Shown here: positions 50,212 to 62,952 of the stretch, in pieces
How positions within the stretch are numbered: the first letter of the stretch is position 1
How the letters are laid out: each line of letters starts with the position of its first letter
Assembly (NCBI GenBank): GCA_010093815.1
Contig: ML996570.1
DNA: 64,000 bases
Strand: one strand, 5' to 3'
Origin: Pseudovirgaria hyperparasitica
Lineage: Eukaryota
Position numbers and translations under genes: made by a program
Notes under the pieces: generated by a model
Told to the model about the DNA's origin: nothing
Seen by the model: the letters and a program-made list of their open reading frames with translations, nothing else
Database searches by the model: none

Positions 50212-52819
50212 CTAGATGTCGTTATGATCATCGTCGTACGCGTCGTCGTCATCGTCATCGTCATCGTCCAGAGTCTCCATAGTCTCTTTTATATATTGCG
50301 CAGCCTGAGTGAGAGTTGTTATTAGCTGTCAATGTTGTGAGATTGTGAGAATCAACATACCTTGGGATCGAGATTCAAAGCAATTGTGAAGTGCCTGATC
50401 GCAGATCCTTTGTCTTTCAGCATCTTGTACACCTTTCCTAGTGAGAAATGAACATTGGCCTCGTCTGGTGCGAGGTCCTTCAAAACTTCAAGTTCTGCTA
50501 AAGCCTCATTAAGTCGCCGTAGTTTCATCAGCGCGTGCGCCTTCTTGAATCTTGACAGTGCAGATCTTGGATCCAAGTCGCAGGCGTGTGTGAATTGTGC
50601 CAATGCTGCTTGCGTCTTCTTCATCTTCTCTAAGACCACACCGATGCGGACTATCAGGACTGCGTTTGTTGGGTTGATCTGTGCCGCTGCTTTGTAGTGC
50701 TTTTCTGCGATATCGTATTTACCCATCTTCTCATACACCTTGCCCAACCCATACCATCCGTTGTAGTGACGGTGCTCGGCAGAGATAGCGCATCGGTAAG
50801 CATATAGTGCCTTGTCATATTCCTCGTTTGCAACGTGCTCATGCCCCTGGAGAGTATAACCATACGCGAACTTCGGGTCTAACTGGGTTGCTCTTTTGAA
50901 ACACTTCACAGCTGAATCGTGCTCTCGCTGGAGAGAGAATGAGTTTCCAATTGAGCACCATGCCTCGGGGCACAAACGATCTGCCTCAATGAGCTCATGC
51001 GCAAGGTAGGCCAATTCTGTCTCTTTTCGCATATGCCACAGGACCGTAGAGTAGATCTCCATGTCCTCCATCCGAGACGGACTCATCTTCTTGACTCTTC
51101 TGAACATCTCTTCCGCTTCTGAGTAACGCTGGCCTTCATAATTCGCCTTTGCCATTTGCACCAACACCCAGGGCGTCTCTCGTTGCTGCATTGGAACTGT
51201 CTCAAATGCTCTGAGCGCCTCGGCACATTGATACCGACTCAAGTGGAAATATCCGGCCCCTATCTTTGATAAAAGATCAAGGAGAATTTGCAACGCCTCG
51301 ATCTCTCGGGCTCCATCGTTCGGATGTGCTTTGCTTTGTGGGGCGTTCACCACTGTGCTCGTGGTAGTCCTCGAGCCCCGGGAATCACGAATGTCCCTGG
51401 TATTAGTATCTGTCATCTCTGTCGGCTTTCTGTCGCCAGATACGACTCTCGCAACAGTGGAAGTGGTCCCGGTCCGACTTCGCACACCTGTCGCGCGTAC
51501 TGTTTTCCTAATTTCCCTCATTTCCTTCAATTCCGGATCCCTGTTCGATGAGGATGACATTTTGCTATCCGGTCGAGTTGGCTTGCTAGCAGTATTTGCG
51601 TTTTGCAGCCGTACGCTTCGCCTTGTGGTCGCATTTGGATCTTGTCGTGTGGAGCCGCTAGCCTGAGAGACCTGCCCTGACACAGTCCGCTTGTGGTTAA
51701 TTTGACCGATAGGTTGAGATAATTCGCTAACTTCGGGGCCTTCCGAGCCGCCTTTTGATCGAGAATCTACTGGTAGTGGCTTCATCTTCGGGATTCTCAT
51801 CCCAGAGTCTGCGCTGAATGATTGAAGATTCTTCTTACGAATTGGGGCGCGAGGTGCAGCTAGAGCGGGAATACCTCCAGTGTCTCCTACGCTATTATCC
51901 TCGTAAGGACCCAGATTAGCTATGGGTGTCTCCGCTTCGTTGAATACCTCGACCCCCTCGTTCAATCGAGAGAAAAGGTTAGAGCCGCCAAAGTTGAGGC
52001 CCGGATCAGCCCCATTACGAGTGGACGGATTGAACGGGTCGTGGCCAGGCGTTGCTGCATGTGAGACACTTCTGTTAGCAACTGTTGGAGCTCGCAGAGG
52101 GTGTGATTCAGCTGCACCATGTGAAGCTGCGGCTGCAGCATGCAGCATATATGACTGCATTTCTGGTGTAAGTCGAAACAAATTTGACGTCCGCACTTCA
52201 GCACCTTTGCAAAGTCAGTTTAAACTTTAATGGCTGCTCATGGCCGCCATAATTCATACCTGTATCGCAGAGGTCCAGAAAAGCATCCCACATGAACGGG
52301 TTCAGCTTTAGTGCTTCGACATAGCACACCACAGCTTTCTTCACTTCTCCTGAGGCTTTCCATAGCTTCCCGAGGAGACAATTAACTGCTGCTGCATCGG
52401 GGAGATGTCGTCTCGAGATCTCCGAATGTTTATCTGTTAGAAGTAATCAGTGAACGCGATCAGATGGGCCTTCATCATCACTGACTCCAATAATTTCTGC
52501 CAGCCCAGAGTCCCCGGGCTCTTTCCAAAGCTTGTATGCCCTCTTGATAAGTTTCCAGTCCCAGGCAAGTCTGCGCGAATACATATACACATCCTAAGTG
52601 CTGGCCCCGCCAAGCTTTCTCTTTACTGTAATCATAAGCAGTTTTTAGCCGCCCTAGTCGCAGGTTGCATAATGCTAGCAAGTGCGCAGCATCCGGGTTT
52701 CGAGGCTCTTGGCCATGTAGCCGACCAGCAAGAAATAGCGCATTAGGTACGAGGTCGTTGTCGAGATTGTAGTATATAAGCTGGCGCAGCTGAGTCGCGA
52801 CGAAGGGATTGGGTGACAT
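50212..52819 (-). CDS. CDC27: APC/C TPR subunit Cdc27/BimA/Nuc2
   Basis: TPR arrays (YSTVLWH, PEAWCSIGNSFSLQREH, YTLQGHEH, HYNGWYGLG). Introns 52434-52485, 52205-52259 and 50305-50360. Confidence 0.95.
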
Positions 52820-53456
52820 TTTTGGTGGGGTGGCCTTTGTTTACAGTTCGCGAGGAGACGGCTCGAGGAGTCTGGTCGAGGGGAAATGATGACCACGCAG
52901 ATGTCCTGGGCACGCTGCAGGGTACATACTCTGTCCGCAGGAAAGGCAGTCAGGATTGTATCGAAGTGGTACACCCAGGGAAGAAGTTAATTGGCGGTAT
53001 AGCGCGTGAAGGGAGCGATGTATGCTGAGACTCAGGTTTCAAGGTGACCCGTAGATAGTTAAGTTAGACATTAGGCAGTCCTGAGGTCGCGTGAGGGGAT
53101 GTGAGGAGCGTGATGGTGAAGTGAATGGATTGTTATGTTCCTAACAAGCGCGACGACGAACACAGCCAGCAAGATCGCAGATGCGCAAACGCCAAGTAAA
53201 AGCGGCACGGACGCTGCTCGCTCCTTCTAGTAGTGCCTCAGGCACCAAGCGCACATAGCTCCAAGAGTTCGACACAACATCTAATTACTCCGGTGAAGAC
53301 TTCTACCTCTTTCAGTAAAGTTACCACCGTTGTCCAGCGCCTATACTTACTGATCGGATCACTCGGCTCCGATTGACCACATAGTCCAGCCACGCGACTC
53401 CTGAACCTCGATACCCAAAGGTGTTTGCTTCGCACGTGCTCAGACTTTCGTCAGTC

Positions 53457-54066
53457 ATGGCTCAAGTAAGGACTCTGGCATCTAAACGAGGGCTTGACCA
53501 AGGCTGCTATATATCTCATGCTGACAATTGTGTAGAAGGCAGCGAAGACGCTTGCAACCCGCAATGCAGCACGATTGAACTACACTCTCTACATCACACT
53601 AGGCGTGCATCTCGTTTACGTCCTCCTCCGCCTACTCATCTTCCGATCATCGTTCCAGCGCAGCTCCCTCATCATGTATATCTTGTTCTCCCTGCCGTCG
53701 GTCGTCATCGAGTTCTGGTTTGAAAGTATTGCTCGTCCGACGTACACCACCAGCCCTTCCGGCGCACCGGAGCTAAAGCGCAGCGGCGAGGACCTGGAAG
53801 CGAAAGGACTGACAGAGTACATGTGGGATGTCTTGTACTGGACATGGATTAATATTATTCTTGTAGCTGTAGTCGGTGACTATGCTTGGTGGCTGTATGC
53901 TGTCGTGCCAGCATACTCGGCCTGGCTAGCTTGGACAACATTAATGGGCTACAAGCAGGGCATGAGTGGAATGGTTGGCGCTGGGAGCGAAGGCGCTGTT
54001 GGTACACAGAGCAAGAGACAGCAAAAGATGGAGAAGAGAGGTGGCCATAAAATGGTGTATCGGTGA
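53457..54066 (+). CDS. SND2: SRP-independent targeting protein 2 / TMEM208 (DUF788)
   Basis: MAQ|KAAKTLA start (intron 53466-53535), GEDLEAKGLTEYMWDVLYWTW and SKRQQKMEKRG. Confidence 0.9.
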
Positions 54067-54484
54067 TGCTGTAGCTTTTGTTGTTCAACGCTGGACACGA
54101 AGTATTGAGTATGTCACCAATGGCACCTACAAGAGCACAATGCGGACGATTCGTGGCCTCCATAGCGACAGCTGAGACCTCACATATCAATCTCCTCCAG
54201 TATGGAGTTTGTCCAAGGTCGACGACATTTGTACTCGTACCATCTCGAGTGCAATATGTACTCGAACAATTTACGACGCAAGAGCTAGACACTATGTGTA
54301 GATACCCAGGAATGCAATGGAACGTGGGCATGTGGCATAGCTGCTACCTCGCATGCGATTTGAGTACCTTTGCCGCACACGTGTACCTCTCATACCGGAA
54401 GCTCCACCACTCAGACGTATCCCGTCTTACTAGAGCTCTCTCCAGCATTCCAATCTCTACAATCTCCCATTCGCCCTGGCAACA

Positions 54485-55225
54485 ATGCCTTCAACGCCAT
54501 CGTCCGATACCATTAATACCTCCAAAGCGCACCAAGTTACCCACGAACTGCCTGATGTCTGTCCCCGTCCTCTGCCCGGCGAATCCGTTCAGACATGGTC
54601 CTTCCTCGTAGACTCCGTCGCAACCAACGCCATCGGTGATCTGCGCCGCACACCTTCGCAGCTCTCACAATACAACGATTGGGCAGCGCGCATACGGAAA
54701 ACATACGGATCTGTCGGTGCCTTTGTGATACAACGACGCTTACAATGGGTTCCGCGCAAACACGATGCAGACGGTACACCGCTTTTCGAGACCGTGTGCG
54801 GCGAAGACGGGAATCCGCTGGCGGATAGCAGAGACTACAAAGTTCTCCGTAACGACTGGCCGTATGGGATCGAGGACGGCATCACGCATCTTTGCGTGTG
54901 GATGAAGGGCAGGTTAGGCTCTGGGGACGAGGTCCTTGCAAACGGAGAGACGGGCAGGAGAGGCCAATTGACGAAGCAAGGTAGGGCGTGTGTCGACCAA
55001 TACGTGTACGAGACTTTCACGAAGCCGTTAAGGGAAAAAGCCAATATACAGGGCGAGGAAGTGGTGTTCAATTGGGCAGGGAGTAGTAATGGTGGCGGTG
55101 ACGGTGTGCATGTGTTGTGGTTCAAGAACTGGATTGAGCTGCAGAGTGTCAGGGGCATTGATCATATCCATGTGCTGCTAAGGGGTGCGACCGAGGGCAT
55201 GGTCGAGGCTTGGCTGGATGGTTAA
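54485..55225 (+). CDS. DUF3605 / Gig1-like protein with HIT-like HxHxx motif
   Basis: LRRTPSQL, KVLRNDWPYG..GITHLCVW and WFKNWIELQSVRGIDHIHVL. Confidence 0.88.
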   Translation: MPSTPSSDTINTSKAHQVTHELPDVCPRPLPGESVQTWSFLVDSVATNAIGDLRRTPSQLSQYNDWAARIRKTYGSVGAFVIQRRLQWVPRKHDADGTPLFETVCGEDGNPLADSRDYKVLRNDWPYGIEDGITHLCVWMKGRLGSGDEVLANGETGRRGQLTKQGRACVDQYVYETFTKPLREKANIQGEEVVFNWAGSSNGGGDGVHVLWFKNWIELQSVRGIDHIHVLLRGATEGMVEAWLDG

Positions 55226-55764
55226 ATGGGCCGCGACTGAGCGGTATATAGAACGTGATGAACGACGCATAGAGAATACTGAGGTACCCCTTGTAGAGTC
55301 AGTGGAACTACTAGACGTTCTCTCGGTCAATTAGACTTGGGACTAGATATAGAAATTCAAGATATATACGCCTTACAACAGAAACAGTAATTGATCATAG
55401 GAGCACACATTACCTTTATGAAGTTCTCAATTCGATATCATATCCTTGCTGCAGTTGAACAGTACGCTTTCTTTTCTCTCTAGGATCTCAGACACTAACC
55501 TCGGACACTATTCTTCTCATTATACCAGATAGTGCGAACAAAGGCAGAGCGGGAGAGCATATACAAGTATATGTATATGTAGAGTTCTAACTTCAGACCA
55601 GCTCTATGCTTTAGTAGTACTGTAATTTCTTTAGTCTATGACTGTAGTCCGCTTTCATATCTACAACGCATCTGCCCCTCACGCAAACATAACATCATCT
55701 CTCATCTCATCATGCTACATATACAACAAGACCGCCTCCAACCCATGCATCTGTCACAACCATC

Positions 55765-57844
55765 TTAACTCCCAATCCCGGCTCCAACCGGACAGTCCGG
55801 CACATGTGCCTGCCACATCTGCTTCGCGAATACAGGCAGATAACTATTCGTCGTAAACGTCTTGGGCAAGTAATAGCTTACATCTGCCGCCGCATACGTT
55901 CCTCCGACTTTATTCAGTGCATCAATCACATAGCTCTGTATGAAGTCTAGAAACACGACGTCCACCGTCTCCGGCTCCGTGCCATCGGCGGGGAACGAGG
56001 CATTCGCTTGCAAGTCGTTTGGCTGCGCGTAAAACGGGATCCGGGCGTGCATTGTGTCGTCGCCGTCAGAGCCGAAATCGTCGGTGGTAGTGTAGCCTGG
56101 CGACGGCGTGCTACGGCGGATCGTGCGGCCGGAGCGCTTGTGTAGGCTCGGCGATGTGGTGGGTGGGTCGACACATGTGTCGCCATCGAGGAGGATATAT
56201 GGCTGGAATGCAAAGTCTCGCGTCTCAAACCCACGTTCTGGCGGAGCTGGAGTAGAGCGCTTCTGGAATGCGCCTGCGTTGAGGATGCCGAGGACTTGCT
56301 TTGCTTGTGCGTATGGCACATCGGGGATGAATTGGAAGGCGTCGGCGAAGGGACTGACGATGAAGCTATCGTCGTAGGTGAAGGGGCCTTTTGCGAGGTC
56401 GAAGCGGATGCTACCGGTGTTTATGATGATGATTCGGGGTGTAGTTGCACGAGTGCTGTTCACGACGACCGTGGAGAGTGCAGTGCTTAGCAGGCTGAAG
56501 ATGTTGCCGGCGCTCATGAACGGCGCGCAGGTTTGGCACCATGTCTGTGGCGCGCAGCCGTAGAGTGATGTGAGGTTGAGTTTTGTGCGCTCGGTGGTGA
56601 TGTCGGCGGTTACGGATTTCCCGGCTTGTGTGTCAAGCGGGCGGACTGTATGGGCCTGTGAACCAGAGGCGTGGTAGGCGAAGGTCAGACGGTTCCAGTC
56701 CAGGTAGCGGCGAGCATAACGGAGGGAAGAGGACGTGTTCGAGTGCGGCAAAGTAATGTTTGAGATGATCTTTGCTTCGCGCGACGGATGGGGGACATCC
56801 TTAGGGGACTTGGGACCGCATGATAGGCCATCGATTGCGACCCAGCCAAGGGTTTCACAATATCTGCCGGATTCGAGGGCAGTGGCTTTATTGTCGTAGA
56901 CAAAGAAGTCGCGTATGTGCGTGTGGCCACCGAAACCTTGGATTGGAACATCTGGTCTAGCTTTCCGGATGGCAGAGTACACTGTTGCGAATGTGCCCGT
57001 GTCTCCGGCTTTGCCTGTTGGGCGGACCGGGTTATGCCCAATCAGAAGAAACATGTCGATCGGCTTGTGGTAATTCACCGCATCGAGAAACCATTGCTCC
57101 TTGACCATGTCAGCCCCCTTCGTAATCTTCGACACATTTGAGTTGCCCGTAAAATCGAAGAGAACGCCGAATGACATGATCCGGATTCCTGTGCGGCACG
57201 TCAACTTCAGCTCCCTGGATACGAGATGACAACGTCTTACCGTGTTCTGTCTTGAAGTATCTGTACCTCTGTCCGATATATTCGAATGCGCTCGTACTTG
57301 GATTGTATATTTGCACATTACTTGTCAAATACCGATCGCCATAGAACTTCGAGAATTGCGAAAATGTTTCATAGGCAATCTCCGAGACGTACAGCTCATG
57401 ATTCCCAATCGTAAGTAGATCATAATCAAGCTTCTCGAATATCACATTCGAGACGGCTCCATTCGGCGACGTAGCATCACTCAATCCGGCACCATCGTGG
57501 AGATCTCCTGTGTCAACCACTAGCAGATCGACTCCTAGCTCTTTCGACTTCCTTCTCATCCCCTTGACGAAGCTGACATAGTCACCCCAGTCTGCGCCAT
57601 AGTTCTGCTCCTTCAAATGTCCCTCAAGCCAGCCATGCGTGTCTGTAGTATGCAGGAAGTTGATTTGACCCCACTCTAGCTGCGACTTGGGGCCATTGGT
57701 CGCATTCTGCGATTCGGGCTGCATACGTCGCACGGAGCGTGTCTGAACGATGTCGTGCGCCGGTGCGCCATAACAGTCGTCACACGCACGAGCGAAATTT
57801 ATGAGGCCTGACAGGACCCCAGATAATGAGAGGAAGCAGCGCAT
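55765..57844 (-). CDS. Secreted calcineurin-like metallophosphoesterase / 5'-nucleotidase-like protein
   Basis: Signal peptide, HTTDTHGW, DTGDLHDG, GNHE and GGHTH. Intron 57189-57240. Confidence 0.92.
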
Positions 57845-58675
57845 CGTGATTTGTGGTGCTATAAAGTTCCAGAGTGGACGCAGCGCATATGTCATCCACC
57901 TGCGGCCTGTGTAGTGAGAAATCACGTCAAAATGACCTTGTCAGCGGCGTCGAGCATAGTATACTTGAAGGCGCATCCAAGGATCTTTGTGCAAGATTCA
58001 AGCTACCGGGATTAGCCTTACGTTGGAGATGGATCTGCATCGCATTGCTTAGCGATGAGTAGATGCCGGCGCCATCTCAAGACGGATTTGGAAGGCCATT
58101 GATTGACGGCTGGGGCGGTGGATATGGTGGCTCCATGTCAATTGACGTCTAGGGGTCGTACGCCCATTCTTTAGAAAGTGGCGACTAGGCAAGATGTGGG
58201 AACGTTTGCAAGTGGTAAGGCGTGAACGAGCGCCGTTGAAGCGAGGGAAGCTTATGTGGGCACAAGCTTCTGGTGCATTTGGCGGCCGATTGCCCAATTG
58301 TCCGGGCCCCGGGGCTGCTGCGAGCGTCTGATTCGTCCAAGCCACGGAGTACATATGCATCTCCGTTCTGGAAACCGGGAAATGGATTGGGGATACGTGC
58401 CGGGTGGTGAGTGTGGAGACGACTGGGGCCATAGATAGGGACTCGCCTACACCATAACTGTGGATATGCTCTCGATTGATAACCTCGCCTTTGACGCACG
58501 TGAACAGCACGTGCTGAGGACCTGTTAGAGGTTATTTGACGGACTCACATATGCCTATCGTTCTCTATGAATAGACGTTTAGACGATATTTGGATTGGTT
58601 TCTGGCCTCTTTGGTGGCTCATTATGCTATGTGTTTTGGTTTCTCCTGAAACGCGACAAGGCCGCAGAGAGGACC

Positions 58676-59798
58676 TCAGAGTTTGATCTCCTGCTCGAAC
58701 TTCTTCTGCCACTCTAACACTTGTGGATGCTCGATGCTGCCGGGCTTCACCTTGGTCCATTCCTTCTCGTATCCTTCCTCTATGTGCGGATATGGTCCTA
58801 AAGGCGTGATTGCCAGTGGATTTATATCCGCGTGGCTCTTCGTGTACTGCGAGCTGTAAGCACATCTCTGCCCACTCGTCAAAGTCATTCCAATCGAACA
58901 CTTACATTCTCTTTGATATGTTTCCAATCCGTGCTCTCTCTGAAACCTTTCACACCCCAGTACAACCCCTTCAACCAATTGTTCAGCATGGGATAACTAC
59001 CCCTGATCGATCCCAAGTCGCACTTGAAGTGTTGCACATATACCACGTCGAACCGGACGATCGTCGCATACAGCCTGATGTCCAGCTCCGTCAACTCCTT
59101 TCCAAGCACATATGGTCCTCCGTTGCGAGCGACCAGCTGCTCAACGAAGTTCAGCGCGCCAAATAGCGGCGGGATAGCTTCGTTGTATGCATCTTGCGTC
59201 TTTGCAAACCCGGCCTTGTATACGCCTGCATTAATATAGCTCTGTATAAATGGCGTTAGAACATCGATGGTACCCTTGTGCTTCTCTGGGTAGAAGTCGA
59301 GGCCAGCCTTCTCTGGTTCAAGCAAGCCATTGAATGCATTTGGCAGCCAGCGCAGAATCTCTGCAGACTCGTTCGACACGGCAGTATTCAGCTTGATGTC
59401 CCAGATCAGAGGAACTGAATATCGACCTGTATACGCAGGATCGGCCTGGAAGTAGACCGCTGAGAGATGAGTTGAGTGAAAGAGAGCGTCAACGGTGGCA
59501 TTAGGGTAGGATGTGTCGTCGGTGGGAAATTGCCAGGGCTTAGGGTACGGCAGGACTGTGCTGATGGGGAGAATCGATGTAAGTCCCTTGAGGTGACGCA
59601 CAAGGTTTACGCGATGAGCGAAGGGACAGAAGAGACCTGGAGTGATTAGATCCAACGGCCTGGAGCTTGAGATGAAAGCAGGTTTGAAGGCTCACCGATA
59701 TATAAATGATATCGATCCTTCTCTGGCTCAAATTTCCCCCCTTTCTCGATGACTGCATGCCACCCATCGTCTGTGCCAGCTTTATGTATGTCGCCCAT
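58676..59798 (-). CDS. ECM4: Glutathionyl-hydroquinone reductase (omega/xi-class GST)
   Basis: RYHLYIGLFCPFAHR, YTGRYSVPLIWD, SNESAEI, NAGVYKAGFA and RFDVVYVQHFKC. Introns 59637-59695 and 58847-58905. Confidence 0.93.
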
Positions 59799-60380
59799 GC
59801 TTGCTCGACTCTCCGCTGGCGGCTTATTCAGATCTAGTCCAGGCCTGAGAAGACTTAGTGATGATGTGAATGAAGTCAGTGGTGAAAACCTGACATTGAA
59901 GCAATGAAGATATGTCCAACTTGTTACGCAAGGCGGGGCATGTAAGATAGAATTGCCGTCACACACTTATCAACTCAAAGAAGTCGTGGAATACGTTCCA
60001 ATTAGGTCCCTGCGAATTATTCTGCTTTGATTGAATCTCAGAAATGTGGTTAACACTCACAAGGCAAAAATTGTGAGATTCGTTTGGAAGTACAGGATCG
60101 TGGTGGTATTAGCTTACCAAGGTACTCGTGGATAGACGGTACCTAGAGCTCCACACGCTTGCCTCGGCGGCCAACTGCATTCACTCCAGGCACGCTCCTG
60201 AGACATTCTATCTAAGCTTTATTGCCAACAATGTTTCTCCAGACAAAGTATTACTGTCAACATGTTTACAATGCTCAAAATGCTTTTTGTCTAACATGCA
60301 ATATGTTACATATATGCCCATCTCATGACCTTTTTTCAGTCAGCTCAATCATACAAATTCCCTGCAAAGTACGAACTGAT

Positions 60381-61887
60381 CTACTGGTTCTTCTTCACAC
60401 TCTTCTCCGTTGGCGCCGAGTATAGCCAGAGTGCAACGAACGCTAACCAACCAGCAATTGTGATCCAGATACCCGAAATCCATACCCACGCTCCGCTGAT
60501 GGCATAGCTCCTCGGCCATTCGTCGTGTGCAAAATGCCGCACCGTCACTTGTCTCTTCTCGTCTACATTCGTCAGGAACGGGCGCTTGTAGTTGACACGG
60601 AAGTTAAATATGCCGTGCTGATCGGGAGTCTTGAAGTGTACTCCGTAGATAGTGCTCTCCGGTGTTTGGGAGACAGGAGAGAGGTTGAGACGGTGGAATG
60701 GTGACAGCATTGAAAACTCGAGCTGGACTTTGTCGCCTACTGCTGGGGTGAAAGGTGTCCAGCGATCCTCGACCCATTCCGAGAGCTCGATCATATATGT
60801 CTGGGGACGTTAGTGAGGATCAGGAGCTCAAGCCTAGAATTGTCACTTACGACGTCGCTCTTGATGCGATATATTGTAGGATTGTCCTCCGGTACATTCA
60901 CAGAAGTGACGTTGTAGCTCGGCTTGCCCTTGCTGGAGTCGAAATCATCTGCATAATGCTGCAAGCGGCCAACTTTGAGCACGCCCGTCTCTTTGAAAGT
61001 CCAGCCGGCTACTTTCTTCGAGAAATCACGGTTGACAGTCTTGACCTCTTTGTCATTGTGCTTAACTTTAGCATCGAACCATTTGTTTTGTAGCATCTCC
61101 GACGATCCGAGCACGGTGAAGCGCGCATTATTGCGCGCCTGCATAGTAGTGATCAGAGATAATTGCTCTCCAACGGCGAATGGATCTTCGAGTACGTCCG
61201 CCTCTTCTTTCGGATTGTAGCTGTAGGCAGTGCTCGGGGCACGAAGGACTGGCGAGAGGAGAGGGCTGGTGTTTCCTAAGGTTTGGCCAACAGCTCTCGG
61301 GACCGCAATGAGGCCATCTCCAGAGAAGTAAGTCTTTACACCTGGTCGCAGAGGAGTAGGGGGCGGTAAAAGAAGTACATCGTGCTTATCGGCTGCCGAG
61401 GCAGAGTCATAGTTGAAATGGTCGACCACTATCGAGTTACGGTCGGAGGGAAGATGGATGTCCAGTTCAAGGAGTAGCGAGACGATTGACGTCGGCGTGG
61501 TAGATTCGCCCGAGAGAGCAAGGAGGATGTTGCCTTCTTTGCTGGCAAACTCAAGAATCTTGTGTGGCGTGAGTTCAGGTCCGAGACCTTTGGCCTTGCC
61601 GGGGAAGAGCAGGACATGGTCGTATGCTCGTTCGCCATGCCGGAACAGCGATATACCTGATGATTTGGGCGTCGAATAGTCTATCGAGAAGCCTCGCGCT
61701 ATTCACATTAGCAATGCTTCATATATTAGACTCTAAGCTCCAAACCTTGCAGGTCTGATAGGAACTGTGAATATTTGTCTCTATCAGCCAGTTCTTCCAC
61801 CAACACCAATAATCTGTTCCCGCTCGAACTAGCAGCCTGCACCGCACCTAGCAGTGCAAGCAGAAGAAACGATAATAGCCACTTCAT
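60381..61887 (-). CDS. WBP1: Oligosaccharyltransferase beta subunit (DDOST/Wbp1)
   Basis: Signal peptide, QARNNAR, PDQHGIFNFRVNYKRP, C-terminal TM helix and KKxx. Introns 61699-61745 and 60801-60850. Confidence 0.95.
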
Positions 61888-62133
61888 CGTGCGGCGTCGT
61901 GTGATGAAGCTCTATTACGAACGTGAGCTTTTGTCGCATTACAAGTTCCACGTATGCCCTCGAGTCTTGGCGTCGCCAACTGGAACTACATTTCGCCGAG
62001 CAACGTTCGACCTCCAGTCCGCATAGCTACTGATATCGACACAATACCTTGAAACCTGCCATTGGGGTCATATACTCAGTCAAACGCTCTGTCTGCGACC
62101 TGTCTATTGATCGCATTCCTCTAAACACCCGCC

Positions 62134-62422
62134 ATGTCTGCTGCTCCGCACTTCTTCAGCACGCCCTTCCGTTACATACGATATGCCTCTCACCAATACC
62201 CAGCCTACTTTTGGTCGATCGTTGTCGGAGTTGCAGGCCCTGCATCCTTCTTTTATGCGCCCCCGATAAGAAGAGCGTTTGGAGATAACATCAACCCGAA
62301 GCCTATCCCTCTCACATACCCAGGTATGTATCTTTCTTGCTGGAGTGAGGCGCATCAAGCTGACCTGGTTGCTAGTTCCCAAGGGACCGCGAAACATTCC
62401 CACGGGCTTCGACGACGAGTAA
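62134..62422 (+). CDS. NADH:ubiquinone oxidoreductase 9.5-kDa accessory subunit
   Basis: FFSTPFRYIRYASHQYPAYFWS...IPLTYP|VPKGPRNIPTGFDDE*. Intron 62324-62375. Confidence 0.9.
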
Positions 62423-62952
62423 GCATGAGCTATACCGTAGATGGAACTGTAAATATAGGTCTGAAAGGCGATAGGGCGTTGAACAAAGAAAGAATATGAG
62501 CCTGGGGCAGCAAGACGATTATGCAATAAGTAACACAAGGATTACAATGCAGAGCATTCACTCCAATTCAATCGCATTTTGGTTGTGTAATAGTATGATT
62601 CCATTTCATGTCACACCCATCATCCACTCTGTATGACCTTGAGTAAACGCCATACGCAAGAATGTCAACTGCTCCGGAAACCGAATGTGCATGACAGCGA
62701 AGGATTAACGAACTAGTGAAATGAAAATAGGGAGGGGCAAGGAATTCCTGCAGCGGCCACAACAAGCGTTATACCAAGCCGAATACCAAATGAACCAAGA
62801 AGCGTAAAATCACCACGACTACAGCAAGACGCCTATGAAAACGACCACTTCAACTCGATATCACCGCATTCTTCGTCCTTTGTCGCAATGTGCGAGACCG
62901 ACAGTCTTGTCGATCCTGGCAAGCGGGTCTTTCAGGATGCGTACAAACACCT

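Noticed and set aside
49857..50325. 135-146 aa ORFs next to the CDC27 3' end
   Set aside because: They overlap the GAC/GAT-repeat last exon and 3' UTR of CDC27 and show no motif.
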